Shown: piece by piece, positions 39,701 through 54,560 of the stretch | How the letters are laid out: each line of letters opens with the position of its first letter | Numbering within the stretch: the first letter of the stretch is position 1 | The notes under the pieces: model-generated | What the model was told of the DNA's origin: nothing | Databases searched by the model: none | What the model saw: only the letters and a program-made list of their open reading frames with translations | Source of the DNA: Octopus bimaculoides | Lineage: Eukaryota | Direction: 5' to 3' | Assembly (NCBI RefSeq): GCF_001194135.2 | Contig: NC_068995.1 | Coordinates: 10,756,230-10,820,229, forward strand | DNA length: 64,000 nt | Made by a program: the position numbers and the translations under genes

Positions 39701-40839
39701 AAACCCCCCCAAAAAAAGGAAAAAAAGTAGCAAACTAAGACCTCTCTTGGGATTTGAACTCAGGACAGAGAAGGAAAGAACTAAATACTACAATGGTCAT
39801 ACTGATTTTGTCAACGCATTGCTTCAAACGATATAATGTTGAATTCTCGTCAGCTCTTATCTCACTTCCTTTCTAGATATCAATCGTGGCTATTTCGTCT
39901 CTGTTATTATTGTAATGATAATTACGAAGACCATTAATTTCAGCTTTAGAATGGTATAGATTACGGTATTTATATTTATGCCATGTCTCGATTAGTTTGA
40001 TCTCTGATAGTTATCAAAGTATCTTATTTCTGAATATATAAATATATAGATCTCATGATCACAATCATGATCACCATTTGATGTGTAATTTTCCATGCTT
40101 GCATGGGTCAGGCGGAATTTGTTGAGGCAGATATTCTACAGCCAGGTGGCCTTTTTGCTGCCAATATGCACCTGCTTCCAAGCAAGGTAATACAGCCCCT
40201 AATATATTGCTACGTGAAGGCACATGGCCCAGGCTTGCAATCATGAAATAGTGAGTTCGATTCTAGGACCAGGCTGTGTGTTGTGTTCTTGAGCAAGACA
40301 CTTTATTTCACGTTGCTCCAGTTCACTCATCTGTAGAAATGAATTGTGATGTCACTGGTGCCAAGCTGTATCAGCCCTTGCCTTTCCCTTGGATAACATC
40401 GGTGGCATGGAGAGGCTGGTGTACATGGGCGACTGCTGGTCTTCCATAAACAACCTTGCCTGGACTTGTGCCTTGAAGGGTAAACTTTCAAGGTGCAACC
40501 CTATGGTCACTTACCCTTTACCTTTTATATTGCCCCGTTCCCAGACATGTTTTTCATGGAGCCCTAGAATTGAATGACCTCACTGCCATGAGGATGGTAC
40601 TCATTAACCACCATCATATAACGTTTAGACAAGGGTACACACAAGCACATACACACTTACATATGATACAGATGATGGGCTTCTTTCGGTTTGCCTGATG
40701 TGCTGACAATCCTGCCAGCCTCTCCACGCCACCGATGTTACCCAAGGGAAAGGCAAAGGGGCCGATACAGCTTGGCACCTGTGACGTCACAACTCATTTC
40801 TACAACTGAGTGAACTGAAGCAATGAGCTTTGATTGTAA

Positions 40840-40924
<85 letters not shown>

Positions 40925-43900
40925 CACATACTGGGCTTTGTATATTTTACCCCAGTGTCACTTTGACGGCAGGCACTGCTCGCTCACCCATTAGTAATAA
41001 TAATAATAATAATAATAAGCATTTCTGCTGTTGGTACAAGGCCAGCAATTTCAGGGAAGTGGGTAACTTGATTACATTGACCGCAGCGTTCAACTGGTAC
41101 CTATTGTATTGACCTCAAAAGGATGAAAGGCAGAGTCGGCCTTGGTAGAGTTTGAACTTAGAACATGATGATGGACAAAATGCTTGGCAGCATTTTGTCT
41201 GACATGCTAACGGTTCTACCAGCTGGCAGCCCTATGTTTTCACACAATACTGGAATCAATGGACACTGCTTGCATTATGGCGACATTCACGTAGAACTAT
41301 CACAACACGCACACACATGGGCATGCACACATACATACATATGCATGTGTGACAGATTTACACACAGTTTTTGCTGAGCAAATTCCTTCACAAAGCACTG
41401 GTCAGCCCTGAGTTAAAGCAGAAGACACCTGCCCAAGAAGTCACGCAGGGGGATTGAACCTGACACTACATGGCTGCATAGAAAACTTCTTAACCACGCA
41501 AGTGGTTTCTATCATGCACGATGATTGACGAAGCATCATGTAACCCATTCATTTGATGGACGATGACGATGCTGTAAGATGTATGGTTTCTATGTCTTTT
41601 TACATTTGAAGAATTACAGTAAAAGAGATTTCTGTATGATTTTGTCGCCCTCCTCCCTCCACCCAGCCACTCTTCTTACCCATCCAACTGAAATAAATAA
41701 AAGTAAATGAAATAAAAGAAAACAACACACACACACAAACAAACAATAAATAAAACTAAAACATAAAACCTTTGTAGCCAAACTAATTTATTGTGTTGGA
41801 GATAATCTAACTGTCGAGGGGGAATTTGTGGTAAGAAGAAGACAAAGATATTTATGGAATATTTGAGTGTATTATTGGTAATAAATAGATTGTTTTTAAT
41901 GCTGTATGGCAATAAAAACATGGCCAGGGAAATGTCAAAGAAATAAAACGACTGGCAAACAATAAACAAAATATAATCTACCAAATTCATCATTATCATC
42001 ATCATCATCGTTGTTTTAATGTAGTTTCCCATGCTTGCATNNNNNNNNNNNNNNNNNNNNNNNNNNNNNNNNNNNNNNNNNNNNNNNNNNNNNNNNNNNN
42101 NNNNNNNNNNNNNNNNNNNNNNNNNNNNNNNNNNNNNNNNNNNNNNNNNNNNNNNNNNNNNNNNNNNNNNNNNNNNNNNNNNNNNNNNNNNNNNNNNNNN
42201 NNNNNNNNNNNNNNNNNNNNNNNNNNNNNNNNNNNNNNNNNNNNNNNNNNNNNNNNNNNNNNNNNNNNNNNNNNNNNNNNNNNNNNNNNNNNNNNNNNNN
42301 NNNNNNNNNNNNNNNNNNNNNNNNNNNNNNNNNNNNNNNNNNNNNNNNNNNNNNNNNNNNNNNNNNNNNNNNNNNNNNNNNNNNNNNNNNNNNNNNNNNN
42401 NNNNNNNNNNNNNNNNNNNNNNNNNNNNNNNNNNNNNNNNNNNNNNNNNNNNNNNNNNNNNNNNNNNNNNNNNNNNNNNNNNNNNNNNNNNNNNNNNNNN
42501 NNNNNNNNATATATATATATATATATATAAATGCAGTTGTCAATAGTGGAACGCAATTGTCGCTACATAGACCTGATGATTGTGTAATGCATGAAAGTAC
42601 TAGTTTATTTCAATATTGTAAAAATTGTAAATAACAAACGTGAAAACCAAACTAAGAATTTCATTGATTAGTATATTCTTCTATATAAAATCATACAATC
42701 ATCATTTCATGTCCATCTTCCATGCATGCATGGGTAGCTACTGTGTCTGTTTTGGCAGAAATTTAACAGCTGGATACCCTTCCTAACGCTAACCACTCCG
42801 CAGAGTGAACTCAGTGCTTTTTACATGGCACCAGCACAGGTGATGTTAGTTTTGGCATGATTTTAACAGCTGGATGCCCTTCCAAATGCCAACCATATTA
42901 CATTGTGTAACTTGCAAGGTAAGGAATTATGAGAGGGCTAAGGCATACACATACATATATATATATAATTTATAATATCAAGGGTAATTAGAAATATTAG
43001 AAATTTCTACTACCAGTGGCCTAGCATGTAAAAATTTAGTCCATAGACTACATATTTTTCTTCATATAAATACAGTGTACATTTAAACACATAAGAGGTA
43101 TCCCTCATAGGATTTCCTCCTGCTAGAAAAAAACAGCTAAGTTCCAAACCACTATTGTGTTGTTATTTTTCATTCCCTTTGTAATGTTATCCCTAATAGT
43201 GGTTTGGAACTTAGCTGATCTTTCTNNNNNNNNNNNNNNNNNNNNNNNNNNNNNNNNNNNNNNNNNNNNNNNNNNNNNNNNNNNNNNNNNNNNNNNNNNN
43301 NNNNNNNNNNNNNNNNNNNNNNNNNNNNNNNNNNNNNNNNNNNNNNNNNNNNNNNNNNNNNNNNNNNNNNNNNNNNNNNNNNNNNNNNNNNNNNNNNNNN
43401 NNNNNNNNNNNNNNNNNNNNNNNNNNNNNNNNNNNNNNNNNNNNNNNNNNNNNNNNNNNNNNNNNNNNNNNNNNNNNNNNNNNNNNNNNNNNNNNNNNNN
43501 NNNNNNNNNNNNNNNNNNNNNNNNNNNNNNNNNNNNNNNNNNNNNNNNNNNNNNNNNNNNNNNNNNNTTTTATAATTAATTGAAACAAACTCAGTTTATT
43601 TCAACAGAAATATGGTAAGAAAAGGTTAAGTGGTGAAGGCATAGCTTAGTAGTTAAGAGACTAATACAATGAAGTATTTGACTACGAATCAAAAGGTCAA
43701 AGGTTCTCGTCTCATTGGAGATGTTTTATTTTTATTTTTAATCAATAACATGTGATGCCTGCAAGGAATACCACTCCTCTGTTGGCATATCTTTTATCTT
43801 TTACTTGTTTCAGTCATTAAACTGTGGCCATGCTGGGGCATGAATCAACCCGAGTATTTCATTTTATTTGTTAGGCTTGGTACTTTTTCTTCTGTCAGTC

Positions 43901-44223
43901 TCTTTCGCTGAACTGCTAAGTTACGGGAGGTTGATATCATCAACAGATATTCTTCTCTGAAATTCTTAGCCATGTGGAAAAATTTTGATACTATTAGTAC
44001 TACTATTAAGGTGGTGAGCTGGCAGAATCGTTAGCATGCTGGGCGGAAAGCTTAGCTGCATTTACTCAGTCTTTGTTGTTCTGAGTTCAAATTCCACCGA
44101 GGTAGACATTGCCTTTCTTCCTTTCAAGGTTGATAAATTAAGTACCAGTGAAACACTGGGGTCATTGTTATCAACTAGTGCCCCCCGTCACAAATTTGAG
44201 GACTTGTGCCTCCAGTAGAAAGG

Positions 44224-44298
<75 letters not shown>

Positions 44299-45693
44299 AA
44301 GGCGGTGAGCTGGCAGAAATGTTAGCACACCGAGTGAAATGCTTAGCAACATTTTATCCATCTTCATGTTCTGAGTTCAAATCTTGCCGAAGTCAACTTT
44401 GCTTTTCATCGATTTGGGGGTCGATAAAATAAGTACCAGTTGAACACTGGGGTCAATGTAATCGACTTAACCCCACCGCCCATCTTGCTGGCCTTGTACC
44501 AAAATTTGAAACCATTATCATTATTGCTGCTCTTCTTTCATTCATTAAACTGCAGCCATGCTGGAGCACTGCCTCATAGGGTTAACTGAACAAATTCACA
44601 CAGTACTTATTAAGTTTGGTATTCATTCTAGCAGTTTCTTTTTACCAAAACTGCCAGGAACAACAACAGCTGAGTCGATGCTAAGCAACGACTCTTAAAA
44701 ACCTAGCAGCACTGAGATATTTGCTTTTATTTTAGATTTTCTTTCTTTCCATTTTTCCACTCTATTTATACATAATCTGGCTCTGTAGCATTGCTGCCAA
44801 AGTAGTTTTCCTGTCTTTCTCTCTCAACACAACATCAATTATCTCTATGACACCCTTTAATATTGATTTTTTCCACTGATCATTGATACAATACTGACCA
44901 AATGATATTACTTAATCATGTAGTGATTGTTATTATTATTATTATTATTGAGAGAGAGAGAGAGCAGCGCTTGCCATCAAAGTGACACTGGGGTACAAAT
45001 ATATGAAGTCCAGTATACCCATCATGACTACACAATACACCGGGTACATACATCACAACCATATGTGCACGACATGGTGATTTCATATCAAGATAAACAG
45101 CGCATGACTTTGAAGGTGGAGCCCAGTTAGAGTTTTCTTCAGGTCAAGTAGCTCATCCTGCTCAAAAAAGTCCCTGAATAAGGGTTGTTTGAGGATGTTA
45201 AACAAAACACCCATGTTTTCAAAGGTGAATTATTCAAACCCCAAGAAATTCCTCTCAACACATGGCTATGATGCTCCCCAACTACTTCTGCTCATGATCA
45301 GAGATGCACATATCATCAACCACTAAGGGTCATGCTCAACTGATTAAGGTCAAACAACTGACAAGCAAATCTGTGGTATTGAGCAGAATATTTGCTGTAG
45401 CCTCATCTTTTATACCATGATAACACTTCCAATCAGTTAAGATCAAAAGCCATGGGAGCCACTGTCTGGTACCGCACCATCATCATTATTATCATCATCA
45501 TCATCAAGGTAGCAAGTTGGCAGAATTGTTACTGCATCATGCAAAATGTTTAGTTGCAATTTGTCTGTCTTTACGTTCTGAGTTCAAATTCCACCAAGGT
45601 CGATAAAAATAAGTACCAGTTATACACTAGGGTCAATGTAATTGATTTAACCCTCCACTCCGAAATTGCTGACCTTGTGCCAAAATTTGAAAC

Positions 45694-45758
<65 letters not shown>

Positions 45759-48196
45759 CATCATCATTACTATTATTATTAAGGCGGTGAGCAGGCAGAA
45801 TCGTTAGGACATTGGATGAAATGGTTAGTGGTATTTCACCCATTGCTACATTCTGAGTTCAAATTCCACTGAGGTTGACTGCCTTTCATCCTTTTGGGGT
45901 TGATAAATAAAGTACCAATCAAATACTGGGGTGGATGTGCTCAACTGAACCTGAAACCATGTGGTTACAAAGCAAGCTCTTTAACCACACAGCCACACCT
46001 GCTGATATTTATTCATTGTCAGTTTATTTTTATATTTGTTTGTGAGAAGCAAAGAAATAAGTTAAACAAGAAATACTCACTTTTTCAGTAGTCATAACAA
46101 ATATATACTCGGAATTATTATCTAACTGCATATCTGCTAACACTGGATTGCCTTCATCCAATACAATATTTTTCGAATATTGCCTGGCATGCGTTCTGTT
46201 TTTCAGGACAATCTGAAATTCAAGAAATAAATAAATAAATAAATAGGTTTGATGATGCAAGCAGAAAAATTAGAATTCAAAACATGAATATACTCTTTAC
46301 TCTTTTGCTTGTTTCAGTCATTTGACTGTGGCCGTGCTGGAGCACCACCTTTAGTCAAGCTAATCAACCCCAGGACTTATTCTTTGTCAGCCTAGTACTT
46401 ATTCTATCAGTTATTTTTGCCGAACCGCTAAGTTATGGGGATGTAAACACACCAGCATTGGTTGTCAAGCAATGTTGGGGGGACAAACACAGACACACAC
46501 ACACACACACACACAACTATACATGACAGGCTTCTTTCTGTTTCCGTCTACCAAATCCACTCACAAGGCTTTGGTTGACCTGAGGCTATAGTAGAAGACA
46601 CTTGCCCAAGGTGCCATGCAGTGGGAATGAACCTGGAACCATGTGGTTAGTAAGAAAGCTACTTACCACACAGCCACTCCTGCGCCTACTAATTAATCCA
46701 TAGCTGAGACCTCGACAGAATAGACCTGGGAGCAAAATAGTGGCNNNNNNNNNNNNNNNNNNNNNNNNNNNNNNNNNNNNNNNNNNNNNNNNNNNNNNNN
46801 NNNNNNNNNNNNNNNNNNNNNNNNNNNNNNNNNNNNNNNNNNNNNNNNNNNNNNNNNNNNNNNNNNNNNNNNNNNNNNNNNNNNNNNNNNNNNNNNNNNN
46901 NNNNNNNNNNNNNNNNNNNNNNNNNNNNNNNNNNNNNNNNNNNNNNNNNNNNNNNNNNNNNNNNNNNNNNNNNNNNNNNNNNNNNNNNNNNNNNNNNNNN
47001 NNNNNNNNNNNNNNNNNNNNNNNNNNNNNNNNNNNNNNNNNNNNNNNNNNNNNNNNNNNNNNNNNNNNNNNNNNNNNNNNNNNNNNNNNNNNNNNNNNNN
47101 NNNNNNNNNNNNNNNNNNNNNNNNNNNNNNNNNNNNNNNNNNNNNNNNNNNNNNNNNNNNNNNNNNNNNNNNNNNNNNNNNNNNNNNNNNNNNNNNNNNN
47201 NNNNNNNNNNNNNNNNNNNNNNNNNNNNNNNNNNNNNNNNNNNNNNNNNNNNNNNNNNNNNNNNNNNNNNNNNNNNNNNNNNNNNNNNNNNNNNNNNNNN
47301 NNNNNNNNNNNNNNNNNNNNNNNNNNNNNNNNNNNNNNNNNNNNNNNNNNNNNNNNNNNNNNNNNNNNNNNNNNNNNNNNNNNNNNNNNNNNNNNNNNNN
47401 NNNNNNNNNNNNNNNNNNNNNNNNNNNNNNNNNNNNNNNNNNNNNNNNNNNNNNNNNNNNNNNNNNNNNNNNNACAAAATTTAATCTTTGATGATTTCTG
47501 TGTTAAATACTTCATTATCAATTATCACAAACTCTAATAATATCCCTTCTTAGACATAGTTTCCCAGGCAAAGTTTGAACTTAGCAACTCATATATTGGG
47601 TTGAAACAAAAGTTTGAACTGTTTTGAAATGTCGTGTGTGTGTGTATAAAAAAGGTAATGACCCCATTCAGTCATGAATGATCATGGAATTACACCTAGA
47701 AAGTTCCCCCCCCCCGAGACACAAATCTAGGAAAGGTTGTTTATGGAAGACCAGCAGTCACCCATGCATATCAGCCTCCCCTCTCCATGCCACCAATGTT
47801 ATCCAAGAGAAAGGCAAAAGCCGATACAGCTTGGCACCAGGTAAATTGCAGCTCATTTCTACAGCTGAGTGAACTGGAGCAACAAAAGTGTCTTGCTCAA
47901 GAACAAAACACAGAGCCGAGTGCGGAAACTGAACTCACTACCTCATGATTGTGAGCCTGACACTCTAACCACTGACCATATGCCTTCACATATATATACT
48001 CTTTTTACTCTTTTACTTGTTTCAGTCATTTGACTGCCGCCATACTGGAGCACCGCCTTTAGTCGAGCAAATCAACCTTAGTACTTATTCTATCGGTCTC
48101 TTTTGCCGAACCGCTAAATTACGGGGACGTAAGCACATCAGCGTCGGTTGTCGAGCGAAGTTGAGGAGGGGGGAACAAGCACAGACACACAAACAT

Positions 48197-48232
<36 letters not shown>

Positions 48233-48389
48233 ATATATATGACGGGCTTCTTTCAGTTTCCGTCTACCAAATCCACTCACAAGGCTTTGGTCGGCCTGAG
48301 GTTATAGTAGAAGATACTTGCCCAAGGTGCCATGCACCCAGAACCATGTGGTTGGGAAGCAAGCTACTTACCACACAGCCACTCCTGCG

Positions 48390-48456
<67 letters not shown>

Positions 48457-48823
48457 TCAAGTACCCAAAATATCAAGGAGTTTCTACCTCATAAACAGGA
48501 GTTACACCACAGTTATTTTGTGATCTTTGCTACCCTGGTATCTATTAACCAATTCATTTTGTCCGAGTTATTTATTAATTAGGAGAAAATAAATACATAT
48601 AATATAATATATATATATATATATATATACATACATACACACACATATATATATATGTATACATACACACACAGACATACACACGTGGCTGTGTGGTCAA
48701 GAGATTTATTTCATAGTTACATTATTCTGATTGCTTCAGGTTCACTCCCACCGTGCAACACCTTGCACATGTCTTCCAACTAACAAATTCTCTAATGGGA
48801 AATCTATAGAACAATCACAAATG

Positions 48824-48863
<40 letters not shown>

Positions 48864-49778
48864 ATACATATATAATACATATATACATACATACACACAT
48901 AAATATATAACTAAATGCAGATAAGAACTTCAATACTGTATCATTAGGAAAATTCTAATTCTTATTAATTCTTGAAACAATAAATCATTTCAGAAATTTA
49001 GACGTAAAGTCTGCCTAGTTTCCCCTGTTGCCCTTAATTTATTATTTATATCAAATGCCATTTATCATACTAACAAATTATATTTTTTATGCATATCATT
49101 AACCTAATTTACTGATTGTTTCCAAATTAGATAATTTGTTTTTAAATATTTTCCACCAAACAGCAAGTTGACTTCAGTCAAGTATGACTAAATTTTAAAT
49201 TAAAATTCTATACAATTCAGCCTATGCAATTACTATATTATTCAAAAAACTCAAAACTTGGAAACATATATACATATGATGATGATGATGATGATGATGT
49301 ATATATATATGTATGCACATACATACAGACGTATAGACATATATGCATAAATTCACATACATGTACATACATATATATAGATTCATATATGTACATACAT
49401 ATATATATTTATAAATACACATACATGTACATATATATGTGCATACATATACATACATACAGACATATATAATGTATGTATATATACACACACATAAACA
49501 CCACAAACATATGTAAACACAGACACAGGCACACACACACACACACACAATGGCAGCGAGCTGGCAGAAACGGTAGCACGCCGGGCGAAATGCTTAGCGG
49601 TATTTCGTCTGCCCGCTACGTTCTGAGTTCAAATTCCGCCGAGGTCGACTTTGCCTTTCATCCTTTCGGGGTCGATTAAATAAGTACCAGTTACGCACTG
49701 GGGTCGATATAATCGATTTAATCCGTTTGTCTGTCCTTGTTTGTCCCCTCTGTGTGTAGCCCCTTGTGGGTAGTAAAG

Positions 49779-49822
<44 letters not shown>

Positions 49823-50276
49823 ATTTATAATACAAGGGGATGGAATGAATAAGCTTTAATCACAGATCACAACAATTGTTTCTGTGCATTAATAACAGTT
49901 GTTAATTGCTAAGTTTTCCATATTGTACATATCATTATGTAAACATTATATCACTATACTTCAACAAAAGCTGTGTATTTGCACATTATGAGGTGAATTG
50001 CTTTATATACATATGTCTTGTATCTTTTACCTCTCTCAGTCATTTGACTGTGGCCATGCTGGGGCACCACCTCGAAAGGGTTTTAGTTGAACAATAAGCC
50101 TACTACTTATTCTATTGGTCATTTTTTTGCCAAAGTGCTACGTTAGAAGGATGTAAACACACCAACACCGGTTGTCAAGCGATGGTGGGGGACAACAAAG
50201 ACACAAAGAAGCACACAAACAGACGTATAAAATATAAGTATGCATACATTCATACATACATACAAATATACATAAC

Positions 50277-50359
<83 letters not shown>

Positions 50360-52375
50360 ATGATGAGCTTCGTTCAGTTTCCGTCTACCAAGTCCAATCA
50401 GAAGCTTTTGGTCTGCCCAAGGCTATAGTACAAGACAGTTGCCCAAGGTGCCACGCAGTGGGAATGAACCCGGAACCATGTGGTTGGTAAGCAAGCTACT
50501 TACCACAGAGTCACTCCTCGCGGTATTTTACTGACAAGGAACAAATTTCTAGAAGGGAGGGAAATCGCTCACAAGGGACGTAACTCTAGGTAAAGCCCAT
50601 CGCCCTTCAAGAAATCGTTCCTTAAAATTGTGATTTCCACGTCAGTATAACTAGTGTCTTCTACGAAAGCCTCGGGCAGACCAATGCCCTGTGAATGAAT
50701 TCGGTAGATGGAAATTGAGTGGAAGCTTGTTGTATATATGTTTCGTCTTTGCCTTAACTCACTTCCATCGATTAACAACCGGTGTTGGTTCGCTTACATC
50801 TCAAAACCAAGCTGTTTGGCATAAAGACCGATAAAATAAATGCCAGATTTTAAAAGGCACTGGTGGCGGGAGCGGGGTATTAGCCCAAACGTTCCAAGGC
50901 GATGCCTTAGCATGGCCGCAATTCAATGACTGAAAACAGTTATATATATATGTATATATACATATATATGTGTGTGTTTGTGTGTGTGTGTGTGTGTGTT
51001 GTGTAAATTTTATGTTTAATCTGGTGTTTATAATTTTTAATCACAATTACACCGAAAAAGAGGAAAAAACGTATTGTGATAACAGTTTTTTTTTTTTTTG
51101 AATAAGGATAAAAAAAATAAAATTGCCTTCAAAATTTCAATTTTGCTTCCAAATTATTGATTTTTCTAACTGTGGCACGCAGCCGTAAATGTTAGTTGAA
51201 CGGTTCTAGTCAATTAATTTAGTCCCCAAGGAAGAATAAAAGGCAAAAATATTATACCCAAAGCAGTACTTGAACCAAGAGAAAAAAACCCATAAAAAGA
51301 TTTAAAAGGAAAGAGGAAAAAAAGTATTAAGGGAGATAACTCCATTGCATAACAAACTAAGAGAGATAAATCTAAATATTTTAATATATGCAACTCATTA
51401 ACATTTCTGTCCCTTGCGGGTTTTGTCTACACGACTACGTATTTGTAAGGAAGCGGATAGGGCAGAATAGACGCTAGTAAATTACAGGTACCTGAATAGA
51501 TAGTAGTAAATTACAGGCACATGAAAAGACAAACAAGGACAGACAAAGGGTTTAAGTCGATTACATCGACCTCAGTGTGTAACTGGTACTTAATTTATCG
51601 ACCCTGAAAGGATGAAAGGCAAAGTCGACCTCGGCGGAATTTGAACTCAGAACATAAAGACAGACGAAATAACACTAAGCATTTCGCCCGGCGTGCTACC
51701 GTTTCTGACAGCTCACCCCCTTACACTTGGCAATATTCTTTTCTACTCTAGGTACAAGGTCCAACATTTTTGGGGAGGGGGCCCAAGTCGTTTAAATGGA
51801 CACCAATACGCAACTGGCACTTAATTTATTGACCCTGAAAGGATGAAAAGCAAAGTCGACCTCGGTGGAATTTGAACTCAGAACGTCAAGACAAATGAAA
51901 CACCACTAAGCATTTTGCCCGGCATGCTCACGATCCTGCCAGCTCACCGCCTTAAGTTCTAGAATAACAAATGAAATGGTGAAGAGCACCTACAACTAAT
52001 TATAAAATTCCAGTTTCCTCAGCAATAACAAGTAACTCTTACACCTGGAAAGGCTCCTAGTACATGACTGAATGAAGCTCACCTACCACCAAACTGCAAA
52101 AGCCAAATGTTTTTCAGGTTGTAGGATTTAAATTTGNNNNNNNNNNNNNNNNNNNNNNNNNNNNNNNNNNNNNNNNNNNNNNNNNNNNNNNNNNNNNNNN
52201 NNNNNNNNNNNNNNNNNNNNNNNNNNNNNNNNNNNNNNNNAATTTGATCTCGATGTGATTTGAACTCATTGTTCAGCTGATTCAATCTAAAAGATAACAG
52301 GTGTCTGTGGAATGCTCAGGATGCTGGAACTCAGAGATAAAAAAATGTCGACGAACCAAGAGAAGTGGAGATCTG

Positions 52376-52416
<41 letters not shown>

Positions 52417-52498
52417 TGTGTGAGTGTGTGGAGGTAAACCTGTCCAACCCATTGTAGCATGAACAGATGATCAAGTGATGATAACAATCTCTGCTGTT

Positions 52499-52536
<38 letters not shown>

Positions 52537-53232
52537 TAATAATGATGGTGATGATGATGGTGATGATGATGATAAGGAGGAGGAGGTGGAGGAGGAATGA
52601 CAAGAGAAAGAAGAGGACCAGCAGATTATGGAGATCAGCATTCTTTACAAGCTATCGGTATGTAGAAATCTTACAAGATCTATGCACTCAAGGTAGAAAT
52701 TGAATAATAATAATAATAATAATAATAATAGTGATAATGATAATAATGATGATGATGATAATAATGATGATGATAATACATGGCCTGATAGTTTATAAAA
52801 TCAGAATTCATTATAATCGACAATTTGTTTTTTGTTTGAAGGAAATGCATAGAAATTCTATACCTCTGCTATGGTGTTGCATTCAATCTAGAAAATTCTA
52901 ATAACAGTAAAAAAACAAAAAATAAATAAAATAAAATAAAATAATAACGGTGGTGGTGGTGGTGGTGGTGGTTTTGGTGGTGATAGCGGTGATGATGATG
53001 ATGGTGATGGTGGTGGTGGTGGTGGTGGTGGTGGTAATAATAGTGATGACGATAATGGTGTTGCTGCTGCAGATGATGACGGTGAGTACAATGATAGTGG
53101 TGATGATGATCATGATGATGGTTATGATGATGATGCTGATAATGATTGTGATTATGGTGATAATGGTGATGATGATGATGATGATGACGATGATGATGAT
53201 GATGATGACGATGATAATAATGTTAGTGGTGG

Positions 53233-53263
<31 letters not shown>

Positions 53264-54528
53264 GGTGGTGAAGACGACAGCGATGATGACGATGATAAAA
53301 AGGATAGATAAAAATCTACAGACTATAATAGCTTATCAGAGCAGCTACGCTCTTGAAATTTATCTCTGGCAGCATGTGGAAGAAGTTCTGGTTTTGATCT
53401 GTCTGTTAATGACATTTTAGCAGAGTAACTGATGCTCATGGAATTGATTTTCAAGAATTTGATCTGCCATGATGTGAACAATTTGTTGAGGACTCTAAGA
53501 GCTGAGAAATTATGTTACAAAGGCAAATATAATTAATGGTAGCCAGTGAGAAATCAATATCTTTAGTTCTGGGTGATTAGAAAAGAGAGGGAGAGAGAGA
53601 GAGGGAGAGAGAGAGAGATGAAATGGAGATAGAGGTGCTTGGAGGATGGAGAGAGAAGAGAGAGGGAGGGAAAGATAGGGAGAGGGAGAGGGGAGGAGAG
53701 AGAGCAAGCCAGAGCGAAAACGTGTAAGGGGAGAGGGGGAGGGGGACCGAGAAAGAAAAAGACTGAGAAAAAGAGAGAGAGAGAGAGAGAGAGAGAGGAA
53801 CAAAACTGACAGGGGGAATGAGAGACAGAGAGGAAAAGAGAGAGAGAGCAAGGAAGAGAGAACAAAAGGGAGAACAAGACAAAGAGAGAAAAGAGAGAGA
53901 GAGAGAGAAAGAGAAGAGTAGAGAGAGAGAGAGAGAGAGAGAGTGAAGAAATGGAGAGTGTGTGGGGAGAGAAATTTTTCATACTTTTGACATGAGATTA
54001 TCTCAGCATATCAAAGATTAATAATCTGTTTTGCATAATGGTAAATCTAATGAGAATGGTAAACACCATAACACTATGTCAGTTGCAAGGTATGCATTTT
54101 TTTTCTTCTTAAATTTTATTTTCATTTTATTCTTATTATTATTATCATCATCATCATCATTATCATTTTTATTATTACTACTGGTTTTTTTTTTGGGGGG
54201 GGGGGNNNNNNNNNNNNNNNNNNNNNNNNNNNNNNNNNNNNNNNNNNNNNNNNNNNNNNNNNNNNNNNNNNNNNNNNNNNNNNNNNNNNNNNNNNNNNNN
54301 NNNNNNNNNNNNNNNNNNNNNNNNNNNNNNNNNNNNNNNNNNNNNNNNNNNNNNNNNNNNNNNNNNNNNNNNNTTTTGTTGTTTTGTTCCTAGAGTTGAG
54401 TAGTTAGCTTTCCAACCACATGTTTTCAGGTTCCATCCCACCCTGTGACGCTTTGGTCAAATGTCTTCTTTTATCACCCCAGGGCAATCAAAGTGTTGTG
54501 AGGGGATTTGGTAAACGGAAACCCTTTG

Positions 54529-54560
<32 letters not shown>

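Noticed and set aside
41676-42032. 118-aa minus-strand ORF with an acceptor-like site as an extra plexin exon
   Set aside because: It has no plexin-like motifs and no convincing donor, and exons 2 and 3 join seamlessly without it.
35858-47537. Long ORFs containing X runs (35858-36541, 42005-42634, 43157-43588, 46586-47537 and others)
   Set aside because: They are open only because N-gaps contain no stops. The plexin exon chain is already continuous across these gaps.
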